Shown: piece after piece, positions 19,511 through 29,488 of the stretch
Layout: every line of letters starts with the position of its first letter
Numbering within the stretch: position 1 is the stretch's first letter
Assembly: GCA_965199955.1 (NCBI GenBank)
Contig: CBDATQ010000001.1
Location: 1,568,001-1,632,000 of the forward strand
Direction: 5' to 3'
Source of the DNA: Spirochaetia bacterium
GTDB lineage: Bacteria > Spirochaetota > Spirochaetia > SZUA-6 > Bin103
Length of the DNA stretch: 64,000 bases
The notes under the pieces: model-generated
What the model was told of the DNA's origin: nothing
Databases searched by the model: none
The model's input: only the letters and a program-made list of their open reading frames with translations
Made by a program: the position numbers and the translations under genes

Positions 19511-20182
19511 ATGCGGGTGCTTCTGAGCCCGGGCGAGAGCGAGTTGGCGAGGGCTCTGCGCGGCGGGCTGACCGGTCACGAGGCGGTGCTCGATGTCGAT
19601 CCGGAGATCGATGCGGAGTCGAGCGTCCGCATGGTGGGTGCCGGGTTCGACGCGGTCGTGCGAGTGGGGCTGCCGGACGGGGACTCGGATGAACCGGACG
19701 ATGCGTCTGACGTGCTGGATCGTGCGACGCGCCTGGTCTATGATCTGCTGAACGCCGCGGCCGAGTCCGGGGTGGGGCGCTGCGTATACCTGAGCTCGCT
19801 GCGGCTGCTGGCCGGCTACGGCGAGCAGCATACTGTCACCGAAGGGTGGCAGCCGCTGCCGCCGTCCGGCGATCCCGCGCTGATCGGTTGCCACCTCGGC
19901 GAGCAGATCGCCCTCGAGTTCGCCCGGGAGCGGCGTCTGGAGGTGGTGACGGTGCGGCTCGGCTTCCCGGTCGTGGCCGGCTCGCGCAGCGCGCTCCGCG
20001 ACGCGCACGGCGACGCTGCCATCTGCGCCGACGACGTGGCGGCCGTGGTGTCGGCGGCGCTCACCGCGCCGGTCACTCAGGCCTGCACCGTCGTGCACGC
20101 CCAGTCGCCGGTCGCGAACGCCCGCTACCTGATGCGCCAGGCCGCGGAGTTCCTGGGATACCCGGAGGAGGCGCCCGCGTGA
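19511..20182 (+). CDS. NAD-dependent epimerase/dehydratase-like protein (degenerate motifs)
   Basis: YDLLNAA...GVGRCVYLSS, VVTVRLG; lacks GxxG and YxxxK. Confidence 0.65.
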   Translation: MRVLLSPGESELARALRGGLTGHEAVLDVDPEIDAESSVRMVGAGFDAVVRVGLPDGDSDEPDDASDVLDRATRLVYDLLNAAAESGVGRCVYLSSLRLLAGYGEQHTVTEGWQPLPPSGDPALIGCHLGEQIALEFARERRLEVVTVRLGFPVVAGSRSALRDAHGDAAICADDVAAVVSAALTAPVTQACTVVHAQSPVANARYLMRQAAEFLGYPEEAPA

Positions 20183-20946
20183 AGGTGCTGATCGTCGGCG
20201 GCAACGGATCGATGGGGCCGCGCACGGTCGCCGCCCTGCAAGGCCGGCACGAGTTGCGCGTGACCGACATCAAGGCGCCGCCGCCGGGCTTCGCCCACGA
20301 GTACCGTCGGCTGGACGCCGGCGACCACGACGGCGTGATCGCCGCGGCCGAGGGCATGGACGCGATCATCAACCTGTCGGTGTCGCGCTGGGACCGGCGC
20401 GGCGCCTGGGACGTCAACGTGCGCGGCAACTACAATGTGGCCGCCGCCGCTGTCCGGCACGGCATCCGCACCATCGTCAACACCGGCCCGTATTATCAGG
20501 TCGCCGGTCCGTCGTACGACGAGTTCGACTTCGGGCTGCACCCGGACATGCCGCCGCAGCCGGGGACGCTCCTGTACGCGCTCACCAAGGCGCTCGGCCA
20601 CGAGGTGCTGCGCGTGTTCAGCGAGCAGCACGACCTGTACGTGCAGACGCTCCTGTTCTACCTGATGCGCCACCCGACCAAGGCGGGCAGGCTCGACGAC
20701 CACGAGAAGGGGGGCGTGGGCCAGGACATGATCCCGCCCTACATCGTCGCCTGGCCCGACACGGGGCTGGCGGTACGGGCCGCGCTGGAGGTCGACCACG
20801 CGCGGCTGCCCTCGCGGTGCGAGACCTATTTCGTGTTCCCGACGATCCCGCACGGCAAGTACCGCAACGACAAACTGACCCGCGTCCTGGACTGGGAGCC
20901 GCCGCACCGGCTGGAGCACCTCTGGATGCGGCGCATGGACCGCTGA
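20179..20946 (+). CDS. NAD-dependent epimerase/dehydratase (uronate dehydrogenase-like extended SDR)
   Basis: VGGNGSMG, DVNVRGNYNV, YALTK. Confidence 0.82.
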   Translation: MKVLIVGGNGSMGPRTVAALQGRHELRVTDIKAPPPGFAHEYRRLDAGDHDGVIAAAEGMDAIINLSVSRWDRRGAWDVNVRGNYNVAAAAVRHGIRTIVNTGPYYQVAGPSYDEFDFGLHPDMPPQPGTLLYALTKALGHEVLRVFSEQHDLYVQTLLFYLMRHPTKAGRLDDHEKGGVGQDMIPPYIVAWPDTGLAVRAALEVDHARLPSRCETYFVFPTIPHGKYRNDKLTRVLDWEPPHRLEHLWMRRMDR

Positions 20947-20965
20947 CACAGCGAAGGATAAACGT

Positions 20966-22039
20966 ATGTACGTCTACACGGGAAGCTTCACCGACATGGA
21001 TCTGGCCGATCACGGCGCCGGCGGGGGCATCTACCGCTTCGAGCTCGACACGGACAGCGGCGCGTTGTCCGGCATGCAGCTCGCGGCGGAGGCGCCCAAC
21101 CCCAACTTCGTGCTCTTCAGCCGCGACGGCACGCGGCTGTATTCGGTCGTGGAGGCCGAATTCGTCAGCGATCCGAGCGGCACCGCGGTTCGCCTGTACG
21201 ACGTGGATCGCGCGACCGGGGCGCTGACACTGCGATCGTCCGCGGGATTCGGCATCACCGGGCCGTGCCACATGAGCATGGATCCCGAGGAGCGCGCGGT
21301 TTTCGTCGGCTGCTACACCGGCGGCGGCGCCGTCATGGTGCCGCTCGGCGCCGGGGGCGACCTTGGCGACCCGGTGGAGGTGCGGCACGAGGGATCGAGC
21401 GTCAACCCGGAGCGGCAGGAGGCGCCGCACCCCCACTCCGCGAACGTCACCGCCGACGGCCGCTTCCTGCACGTGCCCGACCTGGGCATCGACCGCGTGG
21501 TCACCTACCGCGTCGAGCATGGCCCCGCGCGCCTGACGCGGGCCTCGGACGCGGCGTCGGCCCCCGGAGCCGGCCCGCGCCACATGACGTTCACGCCGGA
21601 CGGCGCGTTCGCCTACGTGATGGGGGAGATGGCCTCCACGATCATGGCGTTCCGCTGCGAGAGCGACGGAGGGCTCACCCATCTGCAGACCCTCTCGTCG
21701 CTGCCGGCCGGCTTCTCGGGCGAGAACTCGACCGCGGACGTGCGCATGCACCCGCGCGGCCATGTCGTGTACTGCTCCAACCGCGGCCACGACTCGATCG
21801 CCGTGTTCTCGATCAACGGGCAAACCGGCGAGCTCTCCCAACTCGGGCATGTGCCCACCGGCGGCCAGACGCCGCGCGGCTTCAACGTGGACGCCTCCGG
21901 CACTTGGCTGCTGGCCGCCAACGAGCAGAGCGAGACCGTGTTCAGCTTCCGCGTCGACGGCGAGAACGGCATGCCAGTCCCCACCGGCTCGTCGATCGAG
22001 GTGCCGCGCCCGACCAGCGTCGCGTTCTCCCCGGCCTGA
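20966..22039 (+). CDS. pgl: Lactonase, 7-bladed beta-propeller (6-phosphogluconolactonase family)
   Basis: YVYTGSFT, RQEAPHPH, DLGID, GAGPRH, SNRGHDSIA, GQTPRGF. Confidence 0.88.
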   Translation: MYVYTGSFTDMDLADHGAGGGIYRFELDTDSGALSGMQLAAEAPNPNFVLFSRDGTRLYSVVEAEFVSDPSGTAVRLYDVDRATGALTLRSSAGFGITGPCHMSMDPEERAVFVGCYTGGGAVMVPLGAGGDLGDPVEVRHEGSSVNPERQEAPHPHSANVTADGRFLHVPDLGIDRVVTYRVEHGPARLTRASDAASAPGAGPRHMTFTPDGAFAYVMGEMASTIMAFRCESDGGLTHLQTLSSLPAGFSGENSTADVRMHPRGHVVYCSNRGHDSIAVFSINGQTGELSQLGHVPTGGQTPRGFNVDASGTWLLAANEQSETVFSFRVDGENGMPVPTGSSIEVPRPTSVAFSPA

Positions 22040-22071
22040 CGGCGAGCCCTCCGGCACGCGTCGGCTCGGGA

Positions 22072-22285
22072 TCAGGCGAGCATCAAGCGCTCGCCTTTCG
22101 GCTTCGGGACCGGTTCGCCGAACTCACGTGCCGTATCGATCCAGAGCTGTATCGCCTCCTTCACCTGCCTGAGCGCTGCCTCCTGGCTGTCGCCGTGCGC
22201 CATGCACCCCGGCAACTCCGGCACCTCGGCGACGAAGGTCTGGTCCTGGTTGCTCCAATAGGATGATTTCATACTTGTGAATCAC
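22072..22285 (-). CDS. hicB: HicB-family antitoxin, frameshift near 22260
   Basis: VIHKYEII / YWSNQDQTFVAEVPELPGCMAHGDSQEAAL...EFGEPVPKPKG; GTG at 22285 after GGAGG is out of frame with the body. Confidence 0.82.
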
Positions 22286-22370
22286 TCGTCCCTCCCAACT
22301 GATATTTCAGGATCACGCGGCGTATCTGCCGCACCTGGTAAGGCTTGACGTTCGCGCCGTCCCGCTGCAG
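22269..22370 (-). pseudogene. C-terminal remnant of a HicA-family toxin
   Basis: LQRDGANVKPYQVRQIRRVILKYQLGG*; N-terminal part absent. Confidence 0.72.
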
Positions 22371-22505
22371 GCGGTTGCGCGCAGCTCGGTCTCCATCCGC
22401 CCGAACAGTCCGAGTTCCGCATCTCCGGGAGGCAGGACGAGGCGCGCGTGCGCCATGCGGGCGAGCTTCTGGGCAAGTTCACCGAACGCGTGGAGCGACA
22501 GCGAC

Positions 22506-22820
22506 TCAGAGCACGTACGACATGGCCGCCCCCAGGATCACGACCAGCGCCACGGTGACGCTGCTGATCACGACGGAGGTCCCGTAGGCTATGCCTACGT
22601 TGAAATGCGGGGTATCGAGATTGCGGGCGATGTTGTCCAGCGTCAGGCGGGCGAACGGGATGCCCAGCGGGCTGGCAAAGATGTCGTCGCGCGTCTTGAA
22701 CACGTTGACGATGGCGATGTAGAAGGGCACCAGAAAGACGCCGCCGGTTACGAGCAGGAAGCCGTGCCGGGCGACCGAAGGCAGATCGCGAAACCCGCGC
22801 CTCGTGAAGTTCTCGCGCAC
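22506..22820 (-). pseudogene. Truncated carbohydrate ABC transporter permease (N-terminal third)
   Basis: FLVPFY...FKT..DIF..P..P...TLDN...TSVVIS...AAMSYVL then stop; no EAA loop. Confidence 0.7.
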
Positions 22821-22839
22821 CTACGTCAGGCTCCGGCGG

Positions 22840-23997
22840 TCAGACCGTCACCTTCGCAAGCCAGTCGTCGTCGAGGTCGATGCCGAAGCCGGGTGCGTCG
22901 CGCGGGACCAGGTAGCCGTCCTCGATGACCGGGGTGCCGGGAAGTGCCACGGTCTCCGCCAGCGGCACGCCGGGCGATGATACTCCGCTGGAGCGCTCGC
23001 CCCAGGTCACCGCTGGCATGGCCATGGCCAGGTGCTGGCCGTACGGGGTGTTCATGCCGCCGTGCGGGGCGACGGCGATGCCGGCAGCCTCCGCGATGTG
23101 GCAGATGCGCACGCACGCGGAGATCCCGCCGGCCCACTGCAGGTCGGGCTGGAAGTAGTCGACCAGCCGCCGCCCGGCGGCCTCCATGAACGGCCGGGCC
23201 AGATACCAGTGCTCGCCAGTGGCCAGGCTCTGCCCGGGCAGCCGCCGCCGCACCTCGGCGAAGCCGGCCATGTCGTCCGGCAGCAGGTAGTCCTCGATCC
23301 AGCGCAGCCGGTACGGGCGCAGCGCCTCGCCGAGCCGCACGGTGTACTCGACGTCCAGCGCCATCCAGCAGTCGAGCATGAGCTCCGCGTCGGGACCGAC
23401 GGTGTCGCGCGCCGCGGCCACCATCTCCTCGGTGCGGTGAATGCCCTCGGTGCCGTCCTCCGGCCCGTACGGGTTGGGCAGCTTGAACCCGCGGAAGCCT
23501 AGCTCCCGGTACCACTCCAGGTCGAAGCCGGTGGCGTAGCAGGGGATCCGCTCCTTCTGCGGGCCGCCGAGCAGCGCGTACACCGGCACCCCCAGGCGCT
23601 TGCCCTTGGCGTCCCACAGCGCCAGGTCCACGGCGCTGATCGCGTGCGCGGTCAGGCCGCCTCCGCCATAGGCGGCGCTGATGCGGACCATCACGTCATA
23701 AAGCTTCCCGGTGGCGGTCACCGGCTCGCCGACTAGGTGGTCGCGGAAGTGGTCGTTGATGATCGAGGCGACCGGCCCGGCGAATCCGCAGAGGCCCAGG
23801 CCGACGGTGCCGTCGTCGAGCGTCGCCAGGCACGCGCACTGCTTCCAGCCCGGACTGGCCTTGGTGCGGGCGCCGCGATAGCGCGCGTAGCGCTCGGTGG
23901 GAGCGGCCGGCTGGCGGCCGCGGCGCTGGTACGGGCCGGACCGCTTGATGCCCCGGCCCAGATCGACCGCGAACGCGCGCACGTCCTTGATCGTCAC
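22840..23997 (-). CDS. Enolase-superfamily dehydratase, L-rhamnonate dehydratase-like
   Basis: SAVDLALWD.KGK, PCYATG, LMLDCWM, WIED, ATGEH, QPDLQWAGG, PHGG. Confidence 0.88.
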   Translation of the reverse strand: MTIKDVRAFAVDLGRGIKRSGPYQRRGRQPAAPTERYARYRGARTKASPGWKQCACLATLDDGTVGLGLCGFAGPVASIINDHFRDHLVGEPVTATGKLYDVMVRISAAYGGGGLTAHAISAVDLALWDAKGKRLGVPVYALLGGPQKERIPCYATGFDLEWYRELGFRGFKLPNPYGPEDGTEGIHRTEEMVAAARDTVGPDAELMLDCWMALDVEYTVRLGEALRPYRLRWIEDYLLPDDMAGFAEVRRRLPGQSLATGEHWYLARPFMEAAGRRLVDYFQPDLQWAGGISACVRICHIAEAAGIAVAPHGGMNTPYGQHLAMAMPAVTWGERSSGVSSPGVPLAETVALPGTPVIEDGYLVPRDAPGFGIDLDDDWLAKVTV

Positions 23998-24002
23998 GGG
24001 CG

Positions 24003-25214
24003 CTATGCCACCAGGCCGGGCAGCAGGCGCTCGTACACGCCGAACGCCTCGCCTTCGGTCTCCTCGGGATCGGCCATCTTCATGAACGAGGCGCTGCCCG
24101 GATCGGCACCGCCCGCGAAGTGCCCGTGGCTCTCGAACGCCGGCTGGTCGGTGCCGTGCCAGACCACCTCGCGGTCGCGCAGCACCACCATCTCGCCTGC
24201 ATAGCGGTCGACCAGGCGCTCGCGCTCGTCGCGGTAGAACAGCGCCTGCTCGCAGGCGGTGCGGCGGATGCTGGCCACGATCGGCGGCGGGTCCTGCACG
24301 TCCGAGTCGAACTGCGCCAGCGGCGGCTGCAGGTCGGTCCGGAAGTCGATCTTGTCCAGGTCGACGGTCCCGTAGCCGCGCTCGGCCGCCACCAGCAGGT
24401 GGTTGCGGTCGCGGCGGAACGGCGGCGCCGGCCAGTCGCTTGTGGGATCGTGGCCCATCAGGTGGGCCACGCACGCGTCGGTGGCCGTGGTCTGGTCGCC
24501 GGCGATCAGCGCGTCGGGCACCACCGGGCGGCCGCCCCACTCGCTGCCCTGCTGGCCGACTAGAGCGTCGACGATGTTCAGGCAGGGGTCGGTGATCATG
24601 GCCAGGTCCGGCAGCACGTAGGACAGCCGGATGGCGTGGTGGAAGTAGTGGCGGACGCGCCCCTCCGGGCGGTTCGGCGGCGGCAGTCCGAACAGGTTCT
24701 TCATGCACAGGGTGACGCCCATGAACACGTGGTTCTTCATCTTGGCGACCGACACGAACTCGTCCGACTCGCCGATGCAGGAGGTCAGCAGGTAGCGGTC
24801 GAACATGTTGCCGCCCCCGGGCACGTCGTACAGGCGCTGCGGAGGCTGCGAGGCGTCGACCACCTCGACCCCGAACTCGCGCAGCACCTCGGCCGACTCG
24901 AAGTTGGAAGGAATGGTCTTGGAGGCCGTGTGCACGCAGGTGTCGGCGGCGGTCAGGGTCGCGTTGGTGCGGGCGCGCAGCAGGCGCAGCACGGCGCGCA
25001 TCACCTCCTCGTCCACCAACTCCTGGCGCCGGCCGTGATGGCGGGCGGTGTCGGGGTGCATCATGTTGAACTTGATGACGATGCGGCGCGCCCGCTCCAG
25101 CCGCTCCCAGGAGCGTGTCAGCGGCTCGGTGATGCGCTGTAGCGTCCGGTAGATCTCGTCCGCCGAGGCGCGGTGGTCGCAGCGCTCGGCGCGCACGGTG
25201 TATCGCTTGCTCAT
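24003..25214 (-). CDS. DUF362 domain protein
   Basis: IVIKFN, KMKNH..GVTLCMKNLFG, NIVDA, TDAC..LMG.DP. Confidence 0.8.
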   Translation of the reverse strand: MSKRYTVRAERCDHRASADEIYRTLQRITEPLTRSWERLERARRIVIKFNMMHPDTARHHGRRQELVDEEVMRAVLRLLRARTNATLTAADTCVHTASKTIPSNFESAEVLREFGVEVVDASQPPQRLYDVPGGGNMFDRYLLTSCIGESDEFVSVAKMKNHVFMGVTLCMKNLFGLPPPNRPEGRVRHYFHHAIRLSYVLPDLAMITDPCLNIVDALVGQQGSEWGGRPVVPDALIAGDQTTATDACVAHLMGHDPTSDWPAPPFRRDRNHLLVAAERGYGTVDLDKIDFRTDLQPPLAQFDSDVQDPPPIVASIRRTACEQALFYRDERERLVDRYAGEMVVLRDREVVWHGTDQPAFESHGHFAGGADPGSASFMKMADPEETEGEAFGVYERLLPGLVA

Positions 25215-25245
25215 CGTCTCTCCTTCAGCCCTCCGACAGCTTACC

Positions 25246-26652
25246 CTATGCGACCTGGCGGGCGGCGGCCGGGTCCCGGTCGGGATCAGGGGGGCGAGAC
25301 GGCCCGTGGGGCTGCATGGGGCGGGCGAGCTGCCGCTCCACGGCCAGGTAGCCGGCCCCCGCGTAGACCAGGTTCGCCACGATCACCGACAGCCAGACGA
25401 CGCCGACCGGCGCTCCCAGCACGTCGGCCAGCAGGATCGCTGCGGCCGACAGGACCGTCAGCCGCAGCGCCGCGATCGCCGCGCCGCGCCACGACCGGCG
25501 CAGCCCCTGAAAGCTCATGATCACCACCATCCCGGCGCCCATCACCCCGTAGGTGAGCGGGACGCTGCGCAGGTAGCTGGTCGCGTAGCCGATCACGACC
25601 GGATCGTCGGTGAAGGTGCGGGCGATCGGCCCGGCGAAGGCCACCGCCAGGATGCCCAGCCCGCTGCCGAACGACAGCGCGAACACCAGCGCGGTGCGGT
25701 ACGACCGGCGCGCGCGCTCTGGGTTGCCGGCCCCCATGTTCTGGCCGATCAGCGCCAGGCCGGCCACACCGAAGCCGATCGCCGGCAGGAACGAGAAGAC
25801 CTCGGCTCGCAGGCCCACCGACACCGCGACCGCCCCCTGGTCCCCGAAGGCGCGCGACACCATGGCGGTCAGCACCGCCATCGCCAGGGGCCCCATCATG
25901 CTGGTGAGCGAGGCCGGGAAGCCGATCGACAGCACTCGCGTCACCGATTCGGCGCGGATCACCAGCCGGCGGAACCTGAAGCGGACCATCATGTCGCGTG
26001 TGGCCAGCAGCGTGATCCCGGACACCAGCAGCACGACCTGCGAGATGACGGTGGCGATGGCGGCGCCGCGCACGCCCAGCCGCGGGAACCCCAGCCAGCC
26101 GAAGATCAGGAGTGGGTCGAGCACGATGTTCAGCCCCGTGGAGATGGCGAACAGCATGGTGACGGTGGTGTTGTCGCCCTGCGAGTTGAAGCCGAACATG
26201 GCCGCGAAGAACAGGAAGATCAGCACCATCGCCGAGCCGGTGATGGTCAGGTAGTCCCGGGCCAGCGGAAAGATCGCGTCGGTGGCGCCGACCGCGCGCA
26301 GGATCGGCGTGCGCAGCGCCAGCACCAGCGTGGTCAGGACCACCGCGGCGATGAAGTTGAGCACGAACGACTGCCCCAGGATGCGCTCCGCCTCGTCGAT
26401 GTTGCGGGCGCCGATGCTCATCGCCATCAGCACGCCGGAGCCCACCGTGATGCCGATCGTCAGCGATACCGACGCGAACAGCGCGATCTGCGACATGTTC
26501 ACGGCGGCCAGCGCCTCGTCGGCAAGCTGACTGACCCAGAACGCGTCGACCGCCTGGTACAGGGTCTGGAAGAAGATCGACAGCATCACCGGCCAGGCGA
26601 GCGCCCAGGTGTGGGCCGGGATCGCCCCGGCGGTCAGGTCTCGGCCGCGCAT
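25246..26652 (-). CDS. MATE-family efflux transporter
   Basis: About 12 TM; NIVLDPLLIFG..GFPRLGVRGAAIATVISQ, GQNMGA. Confidence 0.92.
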   Translation of the reverse strand: MRGRDLTAGAIPAHTWALAWPVMLSIFFQTLYQAVDAFWVSQLADEALAAVNMSQIALFASVSLTIGITVGSGVLMAMSIGARNIDEAERILGQSFVLNFIAAVVLTTLVLALRTPILRAVGATDAIFPLARDYLTITGSAMVLIFLFFAAMFGFNSQGDNTTVTMLFAISTGLNIVLDPLLIFGWLGFPRLGVRGAAIATVISQVVLLVSGITLLATRDMMVRFRFRRLVIRAESVTRVLSIGFPASLTSMMGPLAMAVLTAMVSRAFGDQGAVAVSVGLRAEVFSFLPAIGFGVAGLALIGQNMGAGNPERARRSYRTALVFALSFGSGLGILAVAFAGPIARTFTDDPVVIGYATSYLRSVPLTYGVMGAGMVVIMSFQGLRRSWRGAAIAALRLTVLSAAAILLADVLGAPVGVVWLSVIVANLVYAGAGYLAVERQLARPMQPHGPSRPPDPDRDPAAARQVA

Positions 26653-26743
26653 CGGCGGCGCACTATATCACCCGGTGGATGGCAGCGGTCAGCCGCCGGC
26701 GATCGGGTTGTCGCAGCTCCGGTACCCGCATAGGATCCGTTCG

Positions 26744-27532
26744 ATGCGAGTTCCGGACTTCCAGCGCAGCTTCCTGACCTTCACCAGCGACGACGACCGC
26801 AAGCAGTCGAGGACCAGATCGCACGCCGCGCCCTACCGGTTCAACGCGGCGCGCATCCAGCTCGAAAGCGTATGCACGCTCACCGGCGCCGGCGGCGCGA
26901 CCCAGCGCTACGTGCTCGGCGCCTCCTGCAAGAGCGAGGTCGTCGGGCGCGACCGCGACCTGTGGCTGCACCCCAACGCCGACTTCTGCCCGGTGGCCAG
27001 CGACTCGGAGATCCTCATCCTGAAGAGCTGGATCACCAACCAGACCGAGGTGATGCTGGAGCCGCCGACGCTGGGGCGCCAGCCGGAGCGGCAGGTCGGC
27101 CTGACCGCGGATCTGTTCGCCGACTTCGAGATCCGAGTGATGGAGGCCGAAGGTGAGGTGCTGGACTCGACCGAGCGCATCATCGAGGCCACCTACGCGC
27201 AGCGTCCGCTGGTGGCGCGCCTGCAATACGACGATGCCGGCTACCGGGTCTGCATCGACCATCCGGTCAAGACCATGAACGTCAACCCGCGCGACGGCGT
27301 GTTCCAGACCGACACCGGCCCGATCCTGCTGCCGGACTTCGCGCGCGAGCGTGATCAGGGCCTGTTGGTGTCGGCGTTCGAGCTGGCGTTCGCGGCATTC
27401 AACCGGCCATCGTTCGCCGAAGTGGTGATCCGCCGGCCGACGCCGGTCACCGAGGACGGGACAGTCACGGCCAACTACTACGAGGAGACCAGGAGGATCG
27501 ACGCGATGGACAACCGGGTGCTGGCGCTATGA
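26744..27532 (+). CDS. Hypothetical protein
   Basis: GC3-biased ORF, ATGA-coupled to the downstream dioxygenase; no recognised family. Confidence 0.75.
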   Translation: MRVPDFQRSFLTFTSDDDRKQSRTRSHAAPYRFNAARIQLESVCTLTGAGGATQRYVLGASCKSEVVGRDRDLWLHPNADFCPVASDSEILILKSWITNQTEVMLEPPTLGRQPERQVGLTADLFADFEIRVMEAEGEVLDSTERIIEATYAQRPLVARLQYDDAGYRVCIDHPVKTMNVNPRDGVFQTDTGPILLPDFARERDQGLLVSAFELAFAAFNRPSFAEVVIRRPTPVTEDGTVTANYYEETRRIDAMDNRVLAL

Positions 27533-28365
27533 GCCGCTCCGCGATCAAGGGGGGGACGGGGTTCGACGCGGAGCGGACGCAAGAGATCCTGGCCGACTTC
27601 CGCCGCGAAGGGTACTGCGTGATCGGCGGCGTGCTCGACTCCGACGAGGTCGCGGCGCTCCGCGATGCGACCGACCACTACATGGACGACGAGGCGGCGA
27701 TGGCCCATGGCTACGTGGAGCGCGACCACATGCTGCGCCACACCAACGAGCTGGATCCGATTTTCCTGGACCTGCTCGTACGCGAGCCGATCTACAGCCT
27801 GATGGAGACGCTGTTCGGCGAGAACTTCCAGCAGTGCGGCGCGAACGTGCTGCGCTCGGGCCGCGGCGTGGCGATCGAGCACTGGCACGTGGACGACGGC
27901 CTGTTCTTTCCGCTCCCGGACGACGTGCCACGCCACGATCCGCGCATTCTGATGCCCGTCTACTGGCTCACCGTGCAGATGGCGCTGAGCGACATCGAGC
28001 GGATCGAGCACGGCCCGACGCAGTACGTGCCGGGCAGCCACTACTCGGGCCGCAACGCGCCGGACAACGGGACCCCGGAGTTCGAAGGGCGGGGGCCCGA
28101 GTCCATCTACTGCAAGGCCGGCGACATCTACCTGCACGACCCGCAGTGCTGGCACCGCGGCGCGCCCAACAATTCCGACCGGGTGCGCTACCTGCTGCAG
28201 TCGCAGTACGGAGCGAGCTGGGGCTTCCACCGCTACAACGCCTACATCTGCCACAGCATGCCCGAGCGGCTGCTGGACGGCGCCGACAAGCGCCTGCTGG
28301 GCCTGATCGGCCCGCAACGCCGCCACCCCGAGCAGCGCTACGTGACCGACGACTACCTCGATTAG
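27529..28365 (+). CDS. Phytanoyl-CoA dioxygenase (PhyH)-family Fe(II)/2OG oxygenase
   Basis: F..EGY, WHVD, GPT.YVPGSH, AGD, WHRG..N.SD..R. Confidence 0.88.
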   Translation: MSRSAIKGGTGFDAERTQEILADFRREGYCVIGGVLDSDEVAALRDATDHYMDDEAAMAHGYVERDHMLRHTNELDPIFLDLLVREPIYSLMETLFGENFQQCGANVLRSGRGVAIEHWHVDDGLFFPLPDDVPRHDPRILMPVYWLTVQMALSDIERIEHGPTQYVPGSHYSGRNAPDNGTPEFEGRGPESIYCKAGDIYLHDPQCWHRGAPNNSDRVRYLLQSQYGASWGFHRYNAYICHSMPERLLDGADKRLLGLIGPQRRHPEQRYVTDDYLD

Positions 28366-28440
28366 AACGGGGAATCCGCTCGAACTCGCCGTCATCCCTC
28401 GGAATGGCGAGCAACAGGTCGGCGAACGTCGGCGAGCGCC
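28366..28440 (-). pseudogene. Possible C-terminal remnant of a Phd/YefM-type antitoxin
   Basis: SPTFADLLLAIPRDDGEFER resembles antitoxin C-termini; no N-terminus. Confidence 0.45.
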
Positions 28441-28690
28441 GGCTCAAGATCGTCGTCACGAGTTGCTGAGGAGTCTGGGCGTCGGAGTCGAGGACGAGAT
28501 CGGTAGCGCGCAGAGGGTCGAGACGAGCCGCGAACTCTTCGTTGTTCCTTCTCAAGAAGCCCGGGGACCGTGAGAGCGACCTTCCGGAGTCCCCTTGTAC
28601 CCGGCGACATGCCACGTCATGGGAGACGAGCAGGGTCACGAACAAGGGGCTTCCAGACCACGTGAGCGCATCGAGAAACGGATCAGGCTA

Positions 28691-29160
28691 GTTCCTGTCC
28701 GGTAACCGCCGGTTTGAGAGAGGGAGCCAGCGGGGAGCGCCTGTAGGGGGCTTGCCGGGCATGTGAGTTGACCGTAGATCCACGACGACGGCGTCATGTC
28801 GGCCGGCTCCAGACCACTCTTCTTGTGGAACACCACGTGCTCCACCCCCAACTCCTTGGCGTCGCTCAGATTCTGCTTCGAGGCATAGCCTCCATCGAAC
28901 GCTGCGCGCTGCGGCGGTTCACCGAAGGCCTCCACGTGCCGCCTCAGCATCGGCAGGCAGCGCGTGCTATCGGCAGGGTCAATCTGCGGCGCTTGGAATA
29001 CACTTGGTTGTTCGGTGCGTGTCGTGCGCATTGGGCTCTCCGGGTGTTTCGGTTGTTTCGTGGATTTGCACCAGCGATGATAACCAAAACACCCTTTCTT
29101 CAACCCACCAAACCATCAATTCACTCCTGATCAACGACTTGTGAGTTTGCGGACAGGAAC
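28691..29160 (-). mobile_element. Internally deleted, non-autonomous IS (ISNCY-like) with terminal inverted repeats
   Basis: TIRs GTTCCTGTCCGGTAAC / GTTCCTGTCCGCAAAC; flanks CAGGCTA / CAGGATA; transposase pieces MRTTRTEQPSVF and PADS...FDGGYAS..NL...VVFHKK. Confidence 0.78.
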
Positions 29161-29272
29161 CAGGATACGGGACAATGTGGCGAGTTCGATGAGTGTTCCG
29201 GCGGGTGAGGTCAAGGAGAGACTGTCTCTCATAGTAGATAGAAGGAACAAGATTGCGCATGAGGCGGACATA
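29161..29272 (+). pseudogene. HEPN-domain (RxxxxH) nuclease fragment
   Basis: VKERLSLIVDRRNKIAHEADI in low-GC DNA, cut by mobile-element ends on both sides. Confidence 0.65.
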
Positions 29273-29334
29273 CGAAAGATTCACGCTCTGGAACTTCGGA
29301 TTAGTCCGAAGTTCCAGAGCGTGAATCTCTCGTA
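29271..29334. repeat. Near-perfect 64-bp palindrome formed by two head-to-head IS left ends
   Basis: 30-nt arms with one mismatch around a TTAG loop. Confidence 0.95.
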
Positions 29335-29440
29335 ACTTCATTGACAGAAATTAGTTGCAAGGTGATCTGCGTGCTGATTGGCGTCGTTTCGTGTCCATGT
29401 AGATGGTGGTGAATAGCGGCGAGATACATGCTATTTGATC

Positions 29441-29468
29441 TTGACATATCGTGACTTGTGTGTATTCT
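29441..29468 (+). promoter_or_regulatory. Putative transposase promoter
   Basis: TTGACA-N16-TATTCT about 20 nt upstream of the ATG. Confidence 0.5.
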
Positions 29469-29488
29469 GTTGCCACAGATCAGTAGTC

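Noticed and set aside
29271..29334. Palindrome as a terminator or hairpin-telomere site
   Set aside because: Fully explained by two IS1634 left ends around the target hexamer; no U-tail and no protelomerase nearby.
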